A DNA stretch of 64,000 nucleotides, taken from IMG/VR virus record IMGVR_UViG_3300025122_000006; one strand, 5' to 3'. The notes beneath the pieces were generated by a model that did no database searches, was not told where the DNA came from, and saw only the letters and a list, made by a program, of their open reading frames with translations. The position numbers and the translations under genes were made by a program. Positions 52,762-62,500 of this stretch are shown here, one piece after another; position 1 is the stretch's first letter, and every line of letters starts with the position of its first letter. The DNA comes from a virus.

Positions 52762-54341
52762 TCTTCACTCACTCTAAACTTAAATTTATACGGCTGTTCT
52801 ATGTAACTATTAGAATCTTCATCAAAGAAAGAATAATAGATTTCGTATTGGTAACCTTCTTCAAGCATGCCAGTATCAAGTTTAAAGTAATTTCCGGAAA
52901 GATCATAAGAGAGGCCTGTATGATACAAAGAACCAGTTCCATATGCTATGACAATTTCATCATCAATCGCTCTTTTAATCTGATAAGACGAACTCTCTAT
53001 AAGAAGGCTGGGAACAGAATTTCTTATCGCTACATTATAAATATTTGGTGACCAATCCTTTTCTCTAACATAAAGTCTAAGCTTTGGAGTTTCACTTTTT
53101 CTATATTGATCTCGTAAGCTTGGCATTGAAAGTGTATATTTTTGATCCTCAGTAAAATCAGACGAATCGAAAGTTTTCGGTGTGATAGAACCAGTATGAA
53201 ATTGAAGGGCTGCGGTTTTTGCTGAAGTTACCGGGCCACTTCCACTATACCAAACATCAAAAACCCTATCTAACTGTGCAGAGCCAGTAAAAGCAACAGA
53301 GGCAGAGTATATACCAGTAGAAACATAGCCTCCAGTAACAGCATGTTGAAAGCCAGATTCGGATGCCACGCCGCCAGATATACTTAGCCTGAGAGCATCG
53401 CCATAAGGAGCAGAGTTGTCTGACGATCCGGAAAATAAACTAACAAAAATTAAATTTTTACCAATGCTAGGAATGTTTCTCAACCTTCCCCTAACATAAT
53501 TGTAAAGATATATTGTATTCATGTTGTCTGAGGCTGGCGCGACAGAACTACTAAAATAAAAATTGCCACGGTCATCCCTTTTTGAGTCATCCCACCTTGC
53601 TTCTAAAACAGGTTTCTTAAAGAAAAATTCAGAATCTCTACCGAAAAATCTTTTGGTATAATATGAATCAGTAGAGCCAGTGGCGTTATGAATTACGCTC
53701 CCCGATTCATTATTGTCACCGGTGTCAAAAAAGCCCAAAGATGATGAAGCCTGTGCTTCATAGGAGCTGCTTAATTTGATGAGAAATCCGTAATTTGATC
53801 TTGTACCATCAATCCACTGTTCTACAAAATCAGAAACGTTTATTGTTAAATCCTCAAAACCAGTTTCAAGTGCTTGTACAGCAGGGAGGGATGAATGAGT
53901 GTCGCCACCGACATTAGTCCAGCCCTCGGTACTAGAAGCCGAGAGCCAATTAGAGCCAATATTATTCTTGGTCAAATCTTTATAGGTCTCCATGTCTAAT
54001 CCGTAACCTTCTTCCCACTCTCGAGATACAGACAACACCTCCATTTTAAAATCTCTTGGTGTTGTTCTAGAATGCGGAGCATCATACATTTTGAGATACC
54101 AAGTGACCGATCCTGAAGCTGCTAATTTATCAGCGTTTCTATCGGCTATTATATCATTTGTATTGAATTGAATTAAAACCCTTGATAATTCTGAGGACGC
54201 CGAAGAGGCGCCGCCATAAATGGAAAAAACCTCTAGAATATCAGAGGCTCCCATATTTGATCCAGTGCCACGGGTTGACAAGTCTTCTTCAAAAGCATTT
54301 GTTATAGTATTGTCTTTCGTCGCGAAATATCTTCTGATCAT
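52758..54341 (-). CDS. baseplate-associated structural protein (DNRLRE-like domain)
   Basis: ATKDNTI...SRVLIQF...WEEG...INVSDFVEQWIDG..NYGFLIK...KPVLEARWDD. Confidence 0.6.
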   Translation of the reverse strand: MIRRYFATKDNTITNAFEEDLSTRGTGSNMGASDILEVFSIYGGASSASSELSRVLIQFNTNDIIADRNADKLAASGSVTWYLKMYDAPHSRTTPRDFKMEVLSVSREWEEGYGLDMETYKDLTKNNIGSNWLSASSTEGWTNVGGDTHSSLPAVQALETGFEDLTINVSDFVEQWIDGTRSNYGFLIKLSSSYEAQASSSLGFFDTGDNNESGSVIHNATGSTDSYYTKRFFGRDSEFFFKKPVLEARWDDSKRDDRGNFYFSSSVAPASDNMNTIYLYNYVRGRLRNIPSIGKNLIFVSLFSGSSDNSAPYGDALRLSISGGVASESGFQHAVTGGYVSTGIYSASVAFTGSAQLDRVFDVWYSGSGPVTSAKTAALQFHTGSITPKTFDSSDFTEDQKYTLSMPSLRDQYRKSETPKLRLYVREKDWSPNIYNVAIRNSVPSLLIESSSYQIKRAIDDEIVIAYGTGSLYHTGLSYDLSGNYFKLDTGMLEEGYQYEIYYSFFDEDSNSYIEQPYKFKFRVSEE

Positions 54342-56134
54342 TGAGTTGTTCCTCTTATATCAGTGTTAAAATTTAAAATCTCTAAAACAACATTCCTAGG
54401 TGTTTTCAAATATGTTCCGTTTTTTGACTTCATTTGATTAATAGAAACAGGAGCACTTGAATACTTTGTTCCTGTCATTAATTTCATTTTTACATTTTCA
54501 GTATCGACTACGCCCTCTACTTTATTTATTATATTGTAAATTTTCGTTATATAAAAAGGTTCACCAATAAATAATTTATCTGTTAATTCAGATCTAAGTT
54601 TACTGTATACAGTAGACAAAACCTCAAGTTTATCTCTTGTTGATTCAACAGTTATTTTAAAATCAAAGCCAATGTTCAATATTTTTGCATCATAAATATC
54701 AATCGAATCATTTATCATTTTATTCTTGTTTAACCAAATTTTTAAATTTTCTTTAACTGTTGAGTTTAAAGCTGCTAAGTTCCCAGCACTATCCTCACCT
54801 ATTACATAAAGAGATATTCTGCGGTTACTTGATGATGGATCATTTACCACATTAACTCTTTTTATGCTGCCAAATTTCGCCGGCATCATATAACAATACA
54901 CTTCATAATCATTTTTAGTAACGCTTCGATTTTGAGCAGCGTAAACAGCGTAAGATCTATAACGAATTTCCTGGGCTGTTGGTAAAGAAGTGTTTCCCAC
55001 TATTGGTTTATCATTTGCGACCTCCAATGAATTACGCACTAAATTTTGATTGACAGTTGAGGTGCTTGAAACTGCATTTACAAAATCGAAGGAAGAAATA
55101 GATATTAAATTTATTTCGCCGGCATTTATATTAATAGAATCTGAATCATTAGAATAATATAATACAGTCAAAGTCGTATTAGATGGTACAACACCAAGAG
55201 TATTTGTATCAAGTAATTTTGTGGGGTCAAAGGCATAATCGGAAATATAAGGTCGCCCAGACATTCTTAAAGATATTTGTGAAGGGTCTGCTATATCTGT
55301 TATGTTTTTTTCTTCATCAGAACCGTATCCAAATTGTAAATAAGTGCCTGTTGAATCTTGCGCTAATACAAACCTTCTAGGGACTATCTTAGGTTTTAAA
55401 ATAGAACGGACACCATCTCGTCTTGCCTTTGGGTTTGTTGTCTCAACATAAACAACATCTTGAGACAGATGATCAACTTCATAATATTCACGCCCTTCCG
55501 TATCAATCACAGATTTAATTTCTGCTATTGACCCTGGGCCAACTCTAACTTTTTGAAATCTTGTATAATCACTAACATCAACAGTGGTTCTGAATAAAAC
55601 TGTTGATTTTATTTGTCCTTGAGCTCGAATAGCATATTCGGTGGGCTTTCCTGTTGTCTCTGAAAATCTAGAGGCTACTATTTCGTTCTTCTGATCATTG
55701 AAATCCACATCTTCGGCTAAAACGAATGTTGTACCAGTTTGGGCTTTAATTTCAGTTCCCGTTTTCAAAATTGGAATATGTTCAATATCAGGACCCAGAC
55801 CAGAAGAGTTCGCAGGCACCCTAACATAAAAAGAAACTATCCCAAAGGCGGCTGGTCGGCCGGCAAATTTATAGCCATATTGTTTTGCTAGTCTCCTTAC
55901 ATTATCATATTCTACTGCTGTTTGTAGAAAAGATTCGTTTACTTGATAATCTAAATAAAAGGATAGCATATCTCCGACATACGAAACGGCATCTAAAACA
56001 TATGATCCAAATGAATTTTCTGAAAAATCTTTATAAGTATCTGGATAATACGTTTTTGCGTGTTGTTCTAAATCCTTTTTAATTGAATTAAAATCTCTAT
56101 TTGTATAATTGACTAAAATTTTTTTATCTGGCAT
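54338..56134 (-). CDS. gp6: baseplate wedge subunit, T4 gp6 family
   Basis: YTNRDFNSIKKDL, DFSENSFG, SYVGDMLSFYLD, ESFLQTA, AQNRSVTKNDYE; adjacent to gp25. Confidence 0.9.
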   Translation of the reverse strand: MPDKKILVNYTNRDFNSIKKDLEQHAKTYYPDTYKDFSENSFGSYVLDAVSYVGDMLSFYLDYQVNESFLQTAVEYDNVRRLAKQYGYKFAGRPAAFGIVSFYVRVPANSSGLGPDIEHIPILKTGTEIKAQTGTTFVLAEDVDFNDQKNEIVASRFSETTGKPTEYAIRAQGQIKSTVLFRTTVDVSDYTRFQKVRVGPGSIAEIKSVIDTEGREYYEVDHLSQDVVYVETTNPKARRDGVRSILKPKIVPRRFVLAQDSTGTYLQFGYGSDEEKNITDIADPSQISLRMSGRPYISDYAFDPTKLLDTNTLGVVPSNTTLTVLYYSNDSDSININAGEINLISISSFDFVNAVSSTSTVNQNLVRNSLEVANDKPIVGNTSLPTAQEIRYRSYAVYAAQNRSVTKNDYEVYCYMMPAKFGSIKRVNVVNDPSSSNRRISLYVIGEDSAGNLAALNSTVKENLKIWLNKNKMINDSIDIYDAKILNIGFDFKITVESTRDKLEVLSTVYSKLRSELTDKLFIGEPFYITKIYNIINKVEGVVDTENVKMKLMTGTKYSSAPVSINQMKSKNGTYLKTPRNVVLEILNFNTDIRGTTQ

Positions 56135-56135
56135 T

Positions 56136-56537
56136 TTAATAGAATCCTATTTCTTGTGTTTGTTTTAGATTTAAATCAAATACTTGTTGTTCAAAGTTTC
56201 CTGGTATTGAATAAGTAATTCTTAATTTTAAAGTATTTTCATCTATCTCCGCAGAATCAGCTGCTACTCGTATATCTTCCACCGAAAGATATGGAAGATA
56301 TCGAGAGATTTGTCCTGAAACCCTAGATTGAATTAGGGATCTCACCGATTCAACATTTTGTTCAAAAAGAAATTGTCTTATGCCGACACCGTATCCAGGA
56401 TCACTAATGTTCTCTCCGGGGTGAGTTAGCAATAAATTTTTTAAATAAAATGAAACTTGATGTTTCGCATCGTCATAAAGTTCATATGTATCTTCGTTCC
56501 CTCTTTTCAAAGGCCATCTAGGTCCGTAAAGTGGCAT
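56136..56537 (-). CDS. gp25: baseplate wedge subunit, gp25/GPW family
   Basis: LKNLLLTHPGE...PGYGVGIRQFLFE...ISRYLP. Confidence 0.92.
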   Translation of the reverse strand: MPLYGPRWPLKRGNEDTYELYDDAKHQVSFYLKNLLLTHPGENISDPGYGVGIRQFLFEQNVESVRSLIQSRVSGQISRYLPYLSVEDIRVAADSAEIDENTLKLRITYSIPGNFEQQVFDLNLKQTQEIGFY

Positions 56538-56557
56538 CTTTAAAATCCTCTTTTAAA

Positions 56558-56565
56558 TAATTAGA
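56558..56565 (-). promoter_or_regulatory. putative late promoter motif TCTAATTA
   Basis: 20 nt upstream of the gp25 ATG. Confidence 0.5.
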
Positions 56566-56567
56566 TC

Positions 56568-59500
56568 TTAAAACAAATCTTTCAATGGATTAGTACATTC
56601 CTCTCCATTTGCATCATAAGGGTTTGCTATAATTCTTCTTCTTTGTAATAAAGGAATTTTTGGTATCAAATTTGCTAAAGACATTTCATCAAAAGGGTTG
56701 TCAACTTCAAGGCGACCGTCTGAATCTTCTCGATCTGGATGTAATCCATCAGAGTCATTAGATAAATAGAGGCCTGCGAATTGTCTTCTTAGCATCCTCT
56801 TAGCTCTTTTATTATAAACTCCGTCACTCTCGTCTTCAGGGTCGGCGGGGTCTATTGCGTCAATGTCTCTCTCTATGAACTCAGTAGGATCATCTGACGT
56901 GCCGAAGCCTAAAGCAAAGGGCCAATTGTGCATGCAATAAATCGCAGCCATAGAAGAAATCATGCTTGTAGAAAAAACTTTATCAAACATCAAGGTATAA
57001 ATTGGATTAGCTTGAACCTTGCTAACCATACAAGCTAAATCATAACTTTTGAGAGGATCAAAAGTGTCTAGGTTCTGATCAATTACCAAAATTTCCTCTG
57101 AAACCAGTGGGAGTATTAAATTGCCATCGTTAAACATTAGAGCCTTAGAAGCTTTGGATTTTCTTGTTAATTCAGAAGTAGAATCAATATTATATTTGCC
57201 TTTTGGAGGGATGATACTTATTCTTATACCGTAATATACCCCGGTATCACCAACTACACCAGCAGGACTCAATTCTTCATTAACATCTAAATTCTTTTTA
57301 GATATTAAAATAGTAAAGCCAGGTGGATCTCTGCCCAATAAATATTTTTGATGAAAACCAACAATTTCTTCTTCAAGATCAGGATTCAATGTAATAAATT
57401 CTTGCAGCATTCTATCATTAATAAAAGCTCTCTTGCTTGTTGATTTTTTTTCATAAAAACTCTTTATATTTTTCTTATAGACAAATTCTAGATCACCAAA
57501 ACAATCTGATAATCTAAAATCCCCTAAGCCTTCTTGACTTAGACTTGCTTTAAATTCGTTAAATTTTTCCGGAGAAATAATCCCCCTATACTCGTCAAGC
57601 CTGTTTAAAATAAAATCCGGAACAGGCTTATAAGATCCGTCTAGCTGGATCTTACTAGGGGGACCCTCCCTTAATCTAATATATTTCTCAACTATAAATG
57701 TGGCCTTAGAAGCATCAGGTACATCAAAAGACATATTGTTTTCCGAGACACTAGGAATATTACCAGGGTCGCCGTCATTTTCATGACTTGCTAGTCCAAT
57801 TCTAGAATTTGACATAGGAAATATTTTTTCCATACCAAGTAAATATTTTTTCGCATCGGAAATTGTTGGTGCCACAGACATTTCACCTGAAAATCTATCA
57901 GACAATATTCTTATTTCCGACTTCATCATCTCCGACAAAATCAAAATACACTCTCTTTCTACTATTCTTATGGCCAATATTTTTGTAAAAAATCTCAATT
58001 TTTTTAATCTAAATCTTTTTTTGCGCCTAATTTTCACCTCATCCTCAGCTTTAAACATATTATCTCCATATATTCTAAAAGCGGCGGCGGCATGATAAAA
58101 ATATGAAATATCTGTTATGTCATCAGGGTGCATTTCTGCTCCGGGACATCGAAAAGTGTAGTCTACGTTTAAAAATTTTCTTTTTAATTTTCTAGTTGGA
58201 TATACATAGTTTTTTTGAACCTGGTATATGATATCCAACGCCGATTGAATTTCGATTGGTGGTTTCAGCCCATCAACATCTATCATCCTCTGATAGGCCT
58301 GAACAGTCTGTTCTAAAAAAGTATACCAGTAATTTGATCTTTTTATTCTTATGCGACGGCTGGATCTTGCGGATCCTAGTCCGGTCATGGTTTCTTTCAT
58401 CTTATTTACCATATACGTCGTACAAGCTAAATCATAATTATTTTCAGAAAACTTGAGGTTGGTAAAAATTCCTAAGCCTAATAAAAAATATTCTGCTGCA
58501 TATGTGCGTAAAGTCGTTCTAACCACGCCATCTAAAGAAGCATGCGTTTTAGAATGTAGTAAGTGGTTGAACGGCCTAATAGAAATACAATCAGGGTCTT
58601 CAGCTAATCGCGAATCTTCTTGTAATCCATTCTTTAATTTATTAACTCTTTGTCCTATATCCTTAAATGCAAGAGCACCAGGGGTCTTAGGTTCACAGCC
58701 CTCATAGCCACCAAATAAAACTTGAGAAGTATCTAGCCAGCCAGTATAAGTCAAAGGCTTGATATGTATTGGCGGTCTTCTATAAGTACCTCCGTATACT
58801 TCGGGATCCAGAACCACGATCCTAGAATTGTTATATACTCCTAATATTTTTTCAGCGTTTCGTAAATTATATTCAGCTTTTCCATCCGGATTATAATAAA
58901 CAAAGTCATCTTCTATTAAGCTATCGGGCTTATAACCAAATCGAAAGCCATATGGAATATCATTATCCGGATCAATAAAAACACTATCTTTTACTGATTT
59001 AGTGAATTCTTCGATGGTAGAATCAAACAAAGATTTATAATCTTGAGAGCCAATTAAATCCGAATAATTATAATTTAAAAATTTATCAAACACATATTGC
59101 CTCATATTATTTTCCTTGTCCACACCATAGTTGATATTGATAGCGCTTAATACACCCACTTGTTCATCAGAAAGCTCTATTGGTATAATTGAGGAATAAT
59201 CTGCTTCATATGAAGGGTCGTCTTTACTAATATTTTCGGTCACAGATGAATAATAATCGAAATAACCAGGATTAACAGAATGATAAGTAACATTTGAATA
59301 AGATTCGTAATAAACCCTATTTCTTTTTGGCAAAATATCTTTATTATCTTTCTGATCATTGACAAATCTTAAAAATATATTATGTTCTTTGTTTCCGTCG
59401 TTCTTACTAACAGCTTCTTCAGTCAATATTTCATCTATACGAAATCCTGGGCTATATGGTTCAGACTTTATTTTTTCTGTAGAAAATCCAGCGCTAGATT

Positions 59501-62500
59501 TGATTTCAAAATTGTCTTCCTTTGAGGCTTCATCTCTCAATTTTATACATACTGTCTCTGGAAAAATTCCTTCCGGGTCGGGTTTTCCGGTACCTTCACT
59601 TGTAAGTTTCATCGTAGCTTGTAATATTTTCCCAGCGTCGGCATATTTTATTTCATGTTCATCTGGATGATTGGCGTAATTCGACCACAAATGAGTTCTT
59701 TTAACTCTTAAAATATGAAAAAACAAAGTCTTATCGTTCATATCTCGTAGCGCTTCGTTAAAAATCCCGCCTCGTCCTAAAAAACTTCGTTTTATAATTC
59801 TATTGAGTGCCTCAAACTCTTCTTCTGTATCTGTCCTTTCCTGGTCTTTTTCGAATTCGGACTGTTGATTTTGTATAATATCATCACAACACTCTTCATC
59901 ATTGTCATATATATCGTCAATCCCAGCATCTTCAGCTAATTTGCCGCAATCATCATCGGCGTCGGTGTGCAGCCCGAACAGGTCAGCCACGGGCGCAGTG
60001 AACAAACCGGGGCCGTCCAAAGCAGCTTTATCATCCATAAAGTCTGCCAGAGCCTCTTCGGTCAAATCGTTTAGTCGATTGACTTGGGCAAATGCATCTT
60101 CACGAGAAAGTCCTTTGTCTCTAAGCAATTGCTCTCTCAATTTGTTCCATTCATCTAACTGTTCATTTGTTAAACAAATAGCGCTACTAATTGGAAGATT
60201 TGGGATGCCCTCATCAAGCATGTCCTGTATTCTTTCTTTATCTTCTGATGATAAAAAACTACCAACTGTCCAGAAAAAATAGCTAACCTTGCCTGGTGAT
60301 CCGAGCAATACCTCTAATTCCGGTGCAAGTGTATTAATCGCAGTCGCTATTCTATCATTTAATTCATCGTCGGGCTCATCAGAAGTTATAGCATTTAATA
60401 ATTCATCTTGAGCAGCGAGACCAGATATTAAATTTGTGGCTTTGGCGGCATGGAGACCGAATAAAGAATCAGAAATAGCCCTGGCATTTTCATATCCAGG
60501 ATCGGGTCCACAAAATGCTGCATCTAAAGCTTTATAGAAAGAATCCTCTAAATTTTTAGATCCGAGGCTCTCAGCGGCAAGACCACCGATAGTTTCTAGT
60601 GCTTTACAAAAAGCGCTCTCGAGGCTATCAAGAATTTTTTTGAACATATCTACTAAAAGTTTAGTAAATAATTCTTGTAATTTCTTTCTGACTTCGTCCC
60701 TAACTTTTTTTCTGAGCGAATATCTCCAATTAGTAGGAGGCATGACTAGTTTCGGAAAGGAAATCTGGAGAGTCGGATCACAAATATCGACTTTCAAAGA
60801 ATTTAAAAATTCTGCCGGCGGTGGATAAAATAGAGGTTGGCTTGGGCATGGCTTTATTAGCGTCTCTAAAAGATTTATGACAAGATCGGGAATTGGAAAC
60901 TGTTTTAGCATTTCAAATAAGTTTGTTGATGGGATAAAATCAAATAAAGATTCTATGGCTTCAACTAATACAGCACCAATCAATTTATTTACTTTTACGC
61001 CCAAATTTGTTTCTTCATAATCTTGAACAGCCTGTTCATACTCGCTTTTGCCTAGTGCTCCTATTTTTGTATTAACCAAGTCTACACCAGCGCCCCTACG
61101 TTGTTCCCGACCTTCAGCTCGGACTGCCCTCTTTTCTGCAGCATCTTCTTGAAGAGTTGAGCCTTCCAACAATGCTGGCTGGTTTAATAGACTAAGAAAT
61201 TTTTTCCGAGCAGCCTCTAATTCTTCTTTGTCTCTATCTTTTATTGCGGAACGAATATTTCGTCTTAAAAGTCTTTCATTATGTTTTTTATCTTTATCGT
61301 TTTCACCTTTGAAAGATTTCGCATCATAATCATAAACCTTATCAACTTCTAATTTCAATGCCCATATTCCAAAAGTTGTATCGCCGCCTTCCAAGAGATA
61401 AGCCACTTCTTCGAGATTTTGTGGAGACAAATCATCGGCGGGGAGGACGGATTTCCTTATCACATCCATGGCTCGATCTATTTCTGCTAACATCGGGCCC
61501 GAAACTGCTCTTAAATTTGCATTTGGCTGTTGTTCTAGCAAAAATCCAAGTAATTTCGCTACACCTAAACCCTTTCCAAATTGTTTCTGGATTTGTCTAT
61601 CGATCTCTCTTTTGATATTTGCCGGAAGCCCGTTAAGGAAGGCTTGAAAAACATATAGATCCATATATTCAAAGATCTTTCTTATGGCTGCATCAAGTAT
61701 TTTTTCTAAAGTCAAGCCTCCAGTTAAACATTTTATAACTGTTCCGCTTAATTTTGAAACACCGCAAACACCGAAAACAGCAAGAAAATCATTTAAACCC
61801 TCAACATCCTTAAGAGTATTAATATCTTTTTTTAATGTATCAACGATAGTAAATTCTTTCTCAAAAGTTGCCCGGAGTGCATCTTTTGTATCATGAGCCC
61901 AAGGAGAATTTGTAATTTTATCTCCAAATTTTTCTTCATTTGCAGCATATTTTTCTTCGGCTTCTTGTTTCGCAATTTCTCTCGTGCTTTCTACAGTTTC
62001 TGGGTATCTATTTTCAAAGCGTTGTCGAGTCCATGGAACATGGTCTTCATCGGCAGTTAGCTCGATATAATTGAAATTATCGACAATAATCTGTATTTCT
62101 TCGTTATAAATATCATTTGTAAATCGATCGACCATTTCTGCGCGTCGTTCTGCTGCTCTTTCGGCTTTTCTCTCTTTTCTGTTTTTCTTGTCTTTTTCCG
62201 CGGAGGCGCCATCCTCCACTGCTGCCTCTCTTTGTTTGCATGCTTCTTTTGCTCGTTCATATGCCCATATATCGGCAGCAGATAAAATGGTTTCTGTTAC
62301 AGAATCTATAAGGTTTCCATCGCCGAGTGCTAATTCCTGTTCCAAAAAACAAGCAAGAGCACTTTTTTGTTCTTCTGTGGCTGCTCCACTATTTAAACCA
62401 TAATCTGCTATCATTGTTGGATAGAAATATTCCAAAGTAAATTCAAGCCAAGGTTTTGTCTCTAGTGCCGTTAAATCAATTGTAATTTCATCAAGCCGAG

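Noticed and set aside
1973-62260. Short minus-strand ORFs nested in other frames of large genes (e.g. 1973..2215, 3953..4279, 45601..46032)
   Set aside because: They lie fully inside well-supported CDSs and have no recognisable features.
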